DNA of 63,217 nt, the filler included, from Octopus bimaculoides (lineage: Eukaryota): NCBI RefSeq assembly GCF_001194135.2. It is 6 parts of 6 records of this genome, joined end to end, with 100 filler letters (N's around TTAATTAATTAA, not from the genome) between each part and the next. Parts side by side here need not be neighbours in the genome. Positions count along the whole stretch, not along the records: positions 44,879 to 58,608 come from NC_068998.1; positions 58,709 to 63,217 come from NC_068981.1; 4 more parts are not named here. The stretch is one strand, 5' to 3'. Of the stretch, positions 51,042-63,217 are shown piece after piece. A program made the translations under genes and the position numbers. Positions within the stretch are counted from its first letter, which is position 1. The number at the start of each line of letters is the position of its first letter. The notes under the pieces are model-generated. The model was given only the letters and a program-made list of their open reading frames with translations, did not search any database and was not told where the DNA came from.

Positions 51042-52693
51042 GGCTGTAACCGACATACAAGACAGTGTCCTTCATTTTTGAATCTTCTGTGAAAAGCCAT
51101 CCAATGATGGAAAAATATTAACTTGCTTTGAAGCAGATGATTTGCCAACATGAAGGGCATTTGGCTGTAGAAAATCTGATTCAACAAACTACATCTGACC
51201 TAGGCAGGCATTGAAAACTGAACATTAAAACAACAATGACCATGATGACTTCAGACAGACTGAGCCAGTTTTAAAATAGCAACAGCTATTTTTATCTCAA
51301 ACCCTGCTACCTTCTATCAACAATAAGTCTATGGCCATTAAACCTTAATGATGCAGATGAGTTGAATGGATTGAAATGCCATGAAAAAGATACAATAAAC
51401 CAGATACGAAAGAATAGAGAACAAACAAACAAAAATAGACGTCAATACAATGAAAACAAATCTAATCTGTCAACTTTTTCTTATCTCTCTTTGTCATCTT
51501 TTCTTCATCTCTCTTTACTATCCTTTTCTATCTTTTTCTGCTAACCTTTCCTCTTCAATCTTCTGTTTCTTCTTCATCTCTTTCTTGAAACAAAAAGCAA
51601 TGCAATAAACCAAAATCATGCCAGATCAAGACATTTGATCAAGAGATCTTTATATGAAATTCAGAGCAGCAGTGACAATAATAATGAATTAGGTAGGGAT
51701 ACATTTAGCTGATATTTCAATACAGGCTTTCATCTTGGTTTTGTTTTTTTATATGCCTAGGATGGTATTAGAATGTCTTATTTCATTGAAAAAGGAGGCT
51801 GACCTCCTTCATAAGACTCTCTAAACTATTAGAAGTTTTAGACTATGTCTACTGTCTATGATATAAGTATAAAATGGATTTGTAAAACAATACTTTTTTT
51901 TTTCTACACACAAAACAGACACAGAAAATTCTGCCAAGGTCCTTATGAGGTTGATACAATAAGTACCTGTTGACCCCTTCACCTAAATTTCAAGCCTTGT
52001 GCCTATAGTAGAAAGTATTATTATTATTATTTTCACCAATTCTTTGCTTTCTTTTTGTTTTTCTTTCTTTTTGTTTTTCTTTCTTTCCTTCCTTCCTTCT
52101 GTTACCTTTTGTGAAAGACTGAAGACTGATGACATTGTTTTACCTGCCATTGCGCCTCCACCTTCAGCAGGACTATTACAATAATAACCAGAGAGGTTTA
52201 GAAATATAGATAGCCTTCTGTATATTGAAGAGCACAACAGGAATATTATCCTGTGTCACTGAGACAAATAATATGATGAACAAAATAACATTGTCAGAAT
52301 CTATTTCCAGGATGTCATAAATGCTTCAAAACCGTAGAATGAATCATAAGGGAAGCAAATATAATAGACACAATTTACCTGGAAAATGAATAGCTAATAA
52401 AAATATCAAACATGCAATCATATTGACATAACTAAACCATGTAGTAGTAACTGTGGAGTTTGGTTGATGAAGTTAAATATCAAGGCTGTTAAGATTGAGT
52501 TTTGCAATACCACCCCTGACCTATATATAACCTTCAATATCCTTGTCAAAATTGAATACTTCTATTCGTATTTCTTATTGAACATCCTCGTTAACCTTGA
52601 ACACTTTTGTGCGTGTCCTCGAAAATGTAACTAAAATTTTGTTTCAAGAAAAGGAATGCTTGACGTATTTCTGAAACCATAAATAATAAAGAT

Positions 52694-52731
<38 letters not shown>

Positions 52732-53546
52732 GTAGTAGTAATAATGCTATTTATAACATTCAGAATGGAAATTATTATAAAATCAAATAATTTGTTTTAT
52801 GAGTTTTTCAGCTTTTTTTTTTACACTGTAAAGAGACTGAAAAATGAAGATGCAGTAAAAATCACCAAAATACACAAAATTGAGACAGGAAATGTCTAAC
52901 AACAATGATTCTGAAATTAGCAAATAGTTCTCTTTTGAATGGCAATTTCCATATTCTCCATGTGAATGTGTGTGTGCATGTTATTATTGTCAGCATCATT
53001 ATCATCATCACCATCGCTCTCATAATCACTACCATCATGTCAAACCAATGGCAAAGCCTCAATGACGTCATTTGATATGCAAGAAATAGCAGCCAAATTT
53101 GCTTCAAATCACAATTACTTGCCTTTAAAAAATGGAAGAACACATTGAATAATGTTCTCCTAGGGACATTGTGCCTGAAAAAGATGGAACGATCAAAGTT
53201 GGCATTATTTGATACCATTGTCACTATTCCTTCTTCCTCAGCATTATCATCATCACCATAACAACCAGCACCAATATTCTGGGAATGATAAGACTAATTA
53301 AATCCTTTCCTTAACATTGGATCTCTGGACTGTGGAAATTAGACAAAGATTCTCTCTGGAGAATCTGGATATGGATTGTGGTTTCATTTCAAAATTCAAT
53401 CAGTTTCATTTTAACTTAGATTACTAATCGTCTATGTAAGTTTGAAATTTGGTTTTAGCTCCCTGTTGGAACAATTCAAATTTCCTATATACCTTTATAA
53501 ACTTTGCTGCCAGGTTTGATTTCTAGTTTGATTGATTTTATTTATA

Positions 53547-53940
53547 GGCGTAGGAGTGGCTGTGTGTTAAGTAGCTTGCTTACGATCCACATGGTTCCGT
53601 GTTCAGTCCTGCATTGCACATTGGGCAAGTGACTTCTACTATAGCCTCAGGCCGACCAAAGCCTTGTGAGTGGATTTGGTAGACAGAAACTGAAAGAAGC
53701 CCATCATATATATGTATATGTATGTGTGTGTATATGTTTGTGTGTCTATGCTTGTCCCCACCAACATCGCTTTACAATTGATGCTGGTGTGTTTACGTCC
53801 CCGTAACTTAGCGGTTTGGCAAAAGAGACCAATAGAATAAGTACTGGGCTTACAAAGAATAATTCCTGGGGTTGATTTGCTCGACTAAAGGTGGTGCTCC
53901 AGCATGGCCACAGTAAAATGACTGAAACAAGTAAAAGAGT
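53547..53940 (+). mobile_element. SINE family B, full-length
   Basis: Head GGCGTAGGAGTGGCTGTGTGTTAAG through tail GACTGAAACAAGTAAAAGAG. Confidence 0.9.
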
Positions 53941-56023
53941 ACCTTCAATAATAATTTTTTCTTTGTAACCTTGGCAAATAAGATTCAGTATCCATTTGCA
54001 GAAATTATATTTTAATTCCCTCCATCCATCCATCCATCCATTCACTTCTCTCACTATTCATGAGAGGGTTGTGAGAGTAAAGTCCTCAGACCCCTTCCTC
54101 ATAGTGTTCTACCAAAAGCAACTGCTATTGGACTTTCTGGCAGATTCTCAAGGACTACTAATTGAGACTATGGAAATTATCCAACCACTTTATTCTTGAT
54201 TTACCCCTAAGTTCCTGCCATTTGGCTCCCCTTGAAGAATCCATCTTGCATTTCTTTACCGCACTATTCTTATCACGTGTCCATAGTACCTGAGCTGTGA
54301 TCTCTCACTTTAATCTACCAATATTCTTTTGCAAACCTTTCAGTATGTTCTTTTAGTTTCCAGTTGGAAACAACTTCATTCAAATTTAAACAGCCAAATC
54401 TTTTTTGTAAAGACACGAATATCACCTATCACCTCCTTCCATGCCACCTTTTCTTTCCGAAGTAAAGAACCCTTATGTTTTTGTCAAGACCAAACTCATG
54501 TACGTCTTCCTCCGTTTTTGTTTATATTTCTTTTTTGGTTGCAAATAGAAGGAAAAATGTATCAGTTTCAAGATATCAAAACAAAAAAGAAAATACAGGA
54601 TAAAAAAAAAGCACGAATGCAAATAGAAAAATAAACAACAGCAAAAAGCAAAATGCAATAGCTGACAGAATCTAGTCAGACATGTTGTCAAAGAGGAATT
54701 ATAGGATGCTGTTTGTTTATTTCGGTTAAGAAACATCGAAGATTTGTATGAGAACTATTGAATAGAAAAGGACGTTAAATTCAGTTTATACAAATGGATT
54801 AACAAAGTTATTAAACTTTTCAAAAGAAACTAAATAACATAAGGATGATATATATCGTATGTGTATGAGTGTATGTCCATAACAGGTATTTCTGTGCATA
54901 TACACACATACACATACACACACAAAACGATATTCAGGCTTATACAAAAATTTGCTGTGTATCATGATGTTGAAATTATCTCTGTGCAAGTACAGAAAAA
55001 TGGGTCACGACCAACAAAGACAGCTGCACATATGATATATGCTTCTGGGAAAATGTGATGCTAAGAGAGTCTGTAGAGCAGAATAATGCATGCAGTGAGT
55101 GTGCCGAAATAGGTGAACATGTGAAAGGAAAGTTGCTGCATTTATGGTATTCTGTCATTCTTGGTGCCTAATGTGAATTTTCCATATAATCTCTGTTTCA
55201 ATGAACTAATGAAGCTGTTATATGTATGACAGGCATGAAATGGTGGCATAGAAGATGAAATAGAATGTGTGTGTATTAGACAGATAGATAAATAGATTAA
55301 TAGAGAGAGAGAGAGTGACAGACAGGATATAAGAAAGAAAAATGGAAGGAATAACAGTAAGAAGAAGATAGATAGAGGAGCAAAAGGAAGGAAGAAAAGG
55401 AAGAAGGAAGCAAAAAACAAAAGAAAAGGAAAAGCAAGTATATGAAGGAGAAGACAAGAATGGAAAAACGAAGGAATGAAATTAACAAAAGACGAAATAA
55501 AGAAAGAAAAAACGAAAAGGAAGGTATAGAAAAAGGGACTGAAGGAAGGAAAGAAGATGAAAAACCAGGGAAGAAACTGGAAAGAACAATAAGAAAAAGG
55601 AGGAAGGATGAAAGAAAGGAATGAGCGAAATGTAGAAAGGAGATAGACCGAGAAAGAAAGATAAAATATGAATGGTGACTTGAATGTACTTTTCTGAAAT
55701 TCCCCCTTTTTTTTATGTCACGGCTTCTTAAAATCATTTTCTGAAGATTTACTTCAAAAGGTTCTTGAAAAGCTCACATTATTATTATTATTTTTATTTT
55801 TGATAAAATAAATATTGTAACAAAAAAATACAAAAATCAAAAGTTTGATATTTAGTGCTTCCTTTACCAATATATAGAAATATTGACAAAAATGTTGAAA
55901 TGCAAAAGTAAATGCTCACTGTATTTTTGATCTTGCAGTTGAAACAGATTTGGCAGTCAAACAAAACTTATACACAGATCTGTCTGTTTGTATTTACAAA
56001 GACACATACATACATACATATAC

Positions 56024-56066
<43 letters not shown>

Positions 56067-56454
56067 AGTGTGTGTGCATATATATATATGTATAGAAACC
56101 ACATATATCACTCCAGTCTATCAGTTTTAGCTTGGTTTCGATGCTTGGGTGTCCTTCATAGAGCCAGTCACTTTACAGAATGTACTGGATGTTATTTATT
56201 TTTTTTGATACCAACACTACTGAAGTGAAATAAAGAACCCCCATAACTGAGTAAAAGTATAGTAGAGGAAATGTGGGGTTGGGGTCTTTATACTAATTGT
56301 TAAGTGATTAGAGTATGATAGAAGGGACAGGAAGAGATTTGCTGCTGTCAAGAGATACCTAAAAGTAATTTGCTTTCAAATTTTGGCACAGGGCCAGTAA
56401 TTTTGGAGTTGGGGGTAAGTCAATTACATCGATCTCATTGCTCAACAGGTACTT

Positions 56455-56552
56455 ATTTTACAGTTTTGTATTTAAGAGATGAGGAATTATGTACATTATT
56501 TACATTATTTACATTTGATGGATATTTGCCCTCATCTTGTTTGTTGCTAACA
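56455..56552 (-). mobile_element. Tail fragment of family F
   Basis: rc of AACAAACAAGATGAGG...CCTCATCTCTTAAATAC. Confidence 0.7.
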
Positions 56553-56659
56553 CAGCAATATGTGTATGAATGTGAGAGGGGAATATGTTGAATAAAATCA
56601 TAATTAGCTAATTTTCCTGTATTTTCTTTTACCAAAACACAGGATCTTTTCAGCACCCC

Positions 56660-56704
<45 letters not shown>

Positions 56705-59318
56705 GTGTAACCTCACTTAGACTTGTAACAAGTATATAATAATAAAAATTATACTTTTACAAATCAAGGATAGGTATTAAATACAAAATTTCTAATGAAT
56801 GAAAAGTCAGAGGAGGTCTTAAACTCCTGAGGCTCAATAAAAAAAGATGTTATTCATCTGTAGGATATGTTTCATGTGATCTGTAGTTACCCCAAAATAT
56901 CATCAAAAATATGAATCCAGCCATTGCTATAACAATATGCAACAGCATCCATAGGAAAAAGGCTAGATGAAGTTGAAGCTTATCGCAAGAAACAGTTAAT
57001 ATTTCAAAGAGGATTGTAGAGAAAAAGAGATGCAATACAATAATAAGAATAGCTAAGAGAAGACAAAATGAAACAAAAGGGAAAAACAAAGACAAAGCTT
57101 GATAAAGAAAGAAAATAAATAATCAAAAAGATGTAAAATGTAAAATGAAAATTCAGAGAACGCAGAAGAAAGAAGGTTGACTGCTAGGAACAGATATAGG
57201 GTTCTTATTGCAGAAGGAAATGAAGAAAGTTGTATCTTCAAAAGACAAAGATAAAAATTATTCTAAGTGGAAGAAATACAAGATTTCCAAACAATTGTCA
57301 ACAGCAATCATTTTCTAGAAGAAAATTTAAGTGCATCATTCATATGGGCTATGAATATAAATTGCTAATCCTGTGATGCCAATCATCTTTTTATCAGAAT
57401 GTTCCTTAGATGTTAGTTTCCAAAACTGCTGTCATACATAAAATAATATTTCCTAACCAAAGAGAAAACACTATATCTTCATAATTAAATTAGCAACCCA
57501 TGGTATCTTAATTATGAAAACTTCAAAGATATTAGTTCCTAGAATGCAGCATTTTCTTTGATTTTCTGGGAGGGCACATATCTTACGCTCTAGGTTGTAG
57601 GTTATATTGTTTCCATGTTCATGGCCAAATCTGTTATTGAACCAGCAATATACAATCCTATTGAAGGAGAATTGTTGATTCCAAAGTAGCCTCTGTTATC
57701 GAATTAAAGAACCAGGTTAAGGAAAGATGCCGCCCTGAAGTTATGACTACTTAAGAGCAAATAGTCTTTATGCTTTCACGTGTAACATGCTTAACATGAT
57801 ATGTAACAGTCAAAGATGAAGAAATTCAACAAGTAACAAAAGCAGAATTGTCAATATGCCATTGAAGATAAACTAAAACAAAAGACTGAAGATATTGTAG
57901 GTGTCCAAGCATGAAACAAATAACAATGATATGTTTTTTTTTTAAGGAATTATCAATGCTATTGAAGGTAACTAACATATTTACCCAAAAAACAACTTTT
58001 TTCATCAGTTTGAAATTGACGAAAGAAACTGTTGTTTCTTTAAAACTTAATTTTCACGAAGACCTAATCTTCACTCAGTGACTTAGATATGATCCTTTCA
58101 TCATATAATCCACCACCAGTCTCACTGTTTGTACAGATTCTCATGCATCTCTGTCACCATCGAATTCTATTATTCATATTTGAATTGGGAGGTTGAGTCA
58201 CAACAAATCTTTCATTAGCTGATTACACCACCATGGTTGTCACCCCCTCTGGATGCATTGTAGTTACTCTCTTCATAGAGCTTGGTGATCCCGACCATTC
58301 ATCTTTTAGGATTCCTCCATTCAGCATCAGTGTCAGAAGTATTATTGGCTCAGTATAGCATTTTCACTGCTGCTTCACAATCTGCTATGTTGCAAGTCCC
58401 ATGCCTTCACCATACCCCTGGCAGGGTTGCTGAAGAGGTGCTAAGCCTTGCCGAAAATCAGCCCTTAATTATGCAGGGCACAGTCATTACTCCATGAAAT
58501 ATTTTCAAAATACCTGCTTACCTTCTACAGTATCCATCAATAGGAAAAGCGAACTATCATGTCTTTTCAACCAGAATTATATGCTGTTAATAGAAAGTTC
58601 CAATATGGNNNNNNNNNNNNNNNNNNNNNNNNNNNNNNNNNNNNNNNNNNNNTTAATTAATTAANNNNNNNNNNNNNNNNNNNNNNNNNNNNNNNNNNNN
58701 NNNNNNNNTATATATATATATATATGTATATAAAGTGGGTGTGTTTGTACATGTGTAGCTTACGAAAAGAATAGTTAGTGGTGTCACTACCAATTAGAAT
58801 ATCAGTGAAAAATCTAGTATATAGACAATAGGTGGGAGTAGATACAACAAGTGCAACACAGAAAAACGTAAAATACTGAAGTTACCAGTCAAGATATTGA
58901 GAAAATGTGGTGAAGTATTCTTTACAGATATTCAGAGAAAGTAGTTGAGTCTTTCGTCTAACTTAAACAAAGTTATTCGATACTCTTGAAATTCAATGTG
59001 GATAATTACTCTTTCATTTTTAACATAAACAATATACGAAGTGCTTTTGGTACAGAAAAAGACAAAAGCAATATTGAAAATGATATCCAATGAGAAAAAA
59101 GGTAATGGTAACGCAGGTGAAACTTTTCTATGAAGCTCAAGAACAACATGCTGAAACCACATGAGGTGCGATTACCAACGGAGGAATCGATATGCAAAAG
59201 AGAATTGCCCTAACTTAAACATTAATGTGAAAACGTTCATGTTTATACAAAACCCTTGATTCAATAACGCCTGAACAAGGGATACGTATGAGCAGGAACT
59301 ACTTACAAAATATATAGA

Positions 59319-59362
<44 letters not shown>

Positions 59363-59364
<2 letters not shown>

Positions 59365-59630
59365 TCTTTTACTCTTTTACTTGTTTCAGTGATTTGACTG
59401 CGGCCATGCTGGAGCACNNNNNNNNNNTATATATATATATATACTCTTTTACTCTTTTACTTGTTTCAGTGATTTGACTGCGGCCATGCTGGAGCACCGC
59501 CTTTAGTCGAGCAAATCGACCCTGGGACGTATTCTATTGGTCTCTTTTGCCGAACCGCTAGGTGACGGGGACATAAACACACCAGCATCGGTTGTCAAGC
59601 AATGCTACGGGGACAAACACAGACACACAA
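59363..59630 (-). mobile_element. SINE family B, 3' half, partly duplicated across a gap
   Basis: Family B tail and body. Confidence 0.8.
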
Positions 59631-59638
59631 ACACATAT

Positions 59639-59675
<37 letters not shown>

Positions 59676-59967
59676 CATAATTACTTTTGCTATCTTGAGT
59701 ACATTGCCATCTACACATTACTTCGATCTCTTCACATATCCACTATTTTCCTTCTTTTTTTACTGCTTCGTTTTGTTCATATATATCTTTCTATTTCTAG
59801 CACCAACAGATCTGCTTTAAAATAAACAGCTTTAGCCGCTTATGTATGTATGTACGTATGTNNNNNNNNNNNNNNNNNNNNNNNNNNNNNNNNNNNNNNN
59901 NNNNNTATATATATACATATTTATATATATATATATACATATATGTATGTATATATATACATATATG

Positions 59968-60015
<48 letters not shown>

Positions 60016-60069
60016 CACACTACAGACATGTACATGCATGTACACACAGGATCGTACATACTCATATAG

Positions 60070-60130
<61 letters not shown>

Positions 60131-60319
60131 CATAATTACTTTTGCTATCTTGAGTACATTGCCATCTACACATTACTTCGATCTCTTCACATATCCACTA
60201 TTTTCCTTCTTTTTTTACTGCTTCGTTTTGTTCATATATATCTTTCTATTTCTAGCACCAACAGATCTGCTTTAAAATAAACAGCTTTAGCCGCTTATGT
60301 ATGTATGTACGTATGTATG

Positions 60320-60845
60320 CTGTGAGGTACGTTTATCTGGGTCTCTTGACAGGAAGAGAATCAGTTTTAATTTGAAAACACCTACATCCACTGTGTATAG
60401 GTCCTTCAGGCTCTTTGGAAAAATATTAAAAATCTGCGGGTCACTGCAACCCAGTTTATTTCAGTAACTGGTTCTGTAACGCGACAGCATTGCTAGGATC
60501 TGTGGCAATGTGCAGTGGCGACTCATTCTAACATCTGTGTAGCTTTCAATGCTAAAATTTTCCACAATCCTTTCTAGGATCTTCCAGGATCTATATTATT
60601 GCATATCTCTACCGCCTCCGCTCCATGGCAATGAGATGATCGTCTCTGTGAAGCTTTGTAGGATTGCTTCAAGGTCCGCTCTTAATTATACACTGTGTAG
60701 TGACCATAGCTGGGAGAAGTAGTTCATGCGGCTGAAGACGAACGTCCACGAGAGGACCATCATGGTTTCCTTCTCTCTGGTTGTGAAGGTTTTCAGGATG
60801 CAGTCAGCCAGCCGTCTGCACTTTCTCGCAATCTTGGTAATGTGC
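60320..60845 (-). mobile_element. CR1/L2-group LINE 3' RT fragment, decayed
   Basis: ARKCRRLADCILKTFTTREKETMMVLSWTFVFSRMNYFSQLWS...LEAILQSFT...ERR*RYAII. Confidence 0.85.
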
Positions 60846-61697
60846 AATTGAAAAGATATTTATAAATATGTATTTATGTNNNNNNNNNNNNNNNNNNNNN
60901 NNNNNNNNNNNNNNNNNNNNNNNNNNNNNNNNNNNNNNNNNNNNNNNNNNNNNNNNNNNNNNNNNNNNNNNNNNNNNNNNNNNNNNNNNNNNNNNNNNNN
61001 NNNNNNNNNNNNNNNNNNNNNNNNNNNNNNNNNNNNNNNNNNNNNNNNNNNNNNNNNNNNNNNNNNNNNNNNNNNNNNNNNNNNNNNNNNNNNNNNNNNN
61101 NNNNNNNNNNNNNNNNNNNNNNNNNNNNNNNNNNNNNNNNNNNNNNNNNNNNNNNNNNNNNNNNNNNNNNNNNNNNNNNNNNNNNNNNNNNNNNNNNNNN
61201 NNNNNNNNNNNNNNNNNNNNNNNNNNNNNNNNNNNNNNNNNNNNNNNNNNNNNNNNNNNNNNNNNNNNNNNNNNNNNNNNNNNNNNNNNNNNNNNNNNNN
61301 NNNNNNNNNNNNNNNNNNNNNNNNNNNNNNNNNNNNNNNNNNNNNNNNNNNNNNNNNNNNNNNNNNNNNNNNNNNNNNNNNNNNNNNNNNNNNNNNNNNN
61401 NNNNNNNNNNNNNNNNNNNNNNNNNNNNNNNNNNNNNNNNNNNNNNNNNNNNNNNNNNNNNNNNNNNNNNNNNNNNNNNNNNNNNNNNNNNNNNNNNNNN
61501 NNNNNNNNNNNNNNNNNNNNNNNNNNNNNNNNNNNNNNNNNNNNNNNNNNNNNNNNNNNNNNNNNNNNNNNNNNNNNNNNNNNNNNNNNNNNNNNNNNNN
61601 NNNNNNNNNNNNNNNNNNNNNNNNNNNNNNNNNNNNNNNNNNNNNNNNNNNNNNNNNNNNNNNNNNNNNNNNNNNNNNNNNNNNNNNNNNNNNNNNN

Positions 61698-61733
<36 letters not shown>

Positions 61734-63217
61734 TGTACTTATCTCTGTATTTATCTATCTATCAACCTCATATTTTCTTCTTTTTCTCACACCCAACACA
61801 TAACAACCACAACAATTCAACTCACACCCATTCTCTTTTAATCTCACTGTGTCTCTCTATATTTGTCTCTCTATACTCGCCTATACTGTCTCTCATTCTC
61901 TCTCTTTGACTCTTTCTCTCTACTCTCCCTCACTTTTTCTATGCAGCTACCACTCTGTCTTAAAATCTTTTACAGTATATATGTATATGTGTGTGTGTAT
62001 GTATGTATGTATGTATGTATGTATGTATGTATGTATGTACAAATACATACATGTTGGCATTTCCTCACTTCTCTCGCTGTTCCTCTTAATTCTCCCGCCT
62101 TCACACATCTGTTAGTCTCTATTTCACTCCGTTATTTCTCCCTTTCTCTCTCTATATATATATTCCTCAGTCTCCTTTTGTTTATCTCTATCTCAATATC
62201 TAACTGTCTTAGTGACATGTTGTTCCCCCCGTCATTTCTTTTTTTGTTTTTATTTTGTTTGTTTTGTTTTGTTTTATAAATGTCGCAGCTTTATCTCTCA
62301 TACTCTGAGCTTATAATCTATAACTCTTATATATACACCTATCTATTCCATTCTGACTTGCTAGGTCTTTTTTTTTTCTGCTTTTTTTCTTTTTCTGTCT
62401 TTATATCTACGCATTTTTCTTTCTATATTACTCCTGTCTTATTCTTTAGCGAACTTTTTAAGAAGAAGAAAAAAAAAAATTAAAATTAAAAATAAAAATA
62501 ACTGACGCCCTTTTAATCCTCCAGTATTTCTTCTTTCATTCTCATCTGCCCTTTTCTTTCTCACTCTCTCCTGCGGTCTCCCACCCGTCTATCTATCTCA
62601 TTCTTGTCTCTCTTTATAATACTAAACTTTCTCAACACCTCTCCACCCTTAACTCTCTCTATAAATCTCTCTCTATGTCGCCATCACTTTTTCCCTACAC
62701 GCTTTTCTTCCTCTCTTTCTCTCATCCCCCCCTGTCTCTCTCTCTCTCTCTTTATCTATCTCTATCTCTCAGCATCTACAGTTTCTTTCCTCTACACTAT
62801 CATACAAATATTACCCTTCACTCGTTTTTAAACTTTTCTTTCGATTTCCGAAGAACTTACATTTTTATCTACAATCCATTCCTTCTTCCCTTCCGTCTTT
62901 CTTTTTGTCCCTTTCTCTCAATCTGCCTCTCTGTCTTTCAGTTTTGCCTCCTTCCTCTCTGTCATACCCTATTATACTATTTTTTTACATTGCTTTTTTT
63001 GTCTAACTTCTTCTAATCCCTACCACTCTTTATCTTTCTCTCTTCATTATTCAGATTAGTCATTATTCTGTATACGTTGTTCCTTAGACACTATCTTTTG
63101 TGAGATGATGGTGGGACAGGAAGAAAAGGTTGTTGGGGTGGTGTGGATAATAAGAGTCTTTGTATATGTCAGAACTCACACGTAGACAGATTTCCTTAAA
63201 GAATATACAAATAATAT

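Noticed and set aside
51983-53420. Open frames and splice-like sites on the minus strand (SPAEGGGAMAG; FDRSIFFRHNVPRR)
   Set aside because: No recognisable family, stops in the candidate exon frames, and low-complexity content.
59640-60316. ~200-bp exact direct duplication (59660-59861 and 60118-60316)
   Set aside because: Identical copies on either side of a gap; most likely an unmerged contig overlap.

Overview
Eukaryotic, AT-rich, microsatellite-laden genomic DNA with many N gaps. The repeat content and gap style suggest an octopus short-read assembly; this is inference. I can support only one host-gene exon: a 123-bp coding exon at 10786-10908 (+) encoding the first half of the N-SH2 domain of PTPN11/SHP2/corkscrew ([41 protein letters not shown]). 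Neither neighbouring exon is visible, so most of the window is probably intronic. The rest is a transposon graveyard, densest at 19-37 kb: R4/Dong-like RLE retrotransposons, Penelope-like elements (RT and GIY-YIG), Tx1/L1, RTE, CR1/L2, mariner, Tc1 and several tRNA-headed SINE families. Nearly all ORF-track entries are microsatellite, gap or pseudogene noise. The most interesting signal is a set of type-I minimal hammerhead-ribozyme-like motifs from several repeat families. It includes a TSD-flanked ~450-bp fold-back carrying a hammerhead on each strand (36402-36904) and a head-to-head tRNA-SINE dimer whose body carries a hammerhead (46274-46712). Other notable structures are a fold-back mariner with a microhomology junction, an octamer/CCAAT inverted repeat, a (TACA)n-embedded RLE element, and competing inverted repeats around the SHP2 exon.
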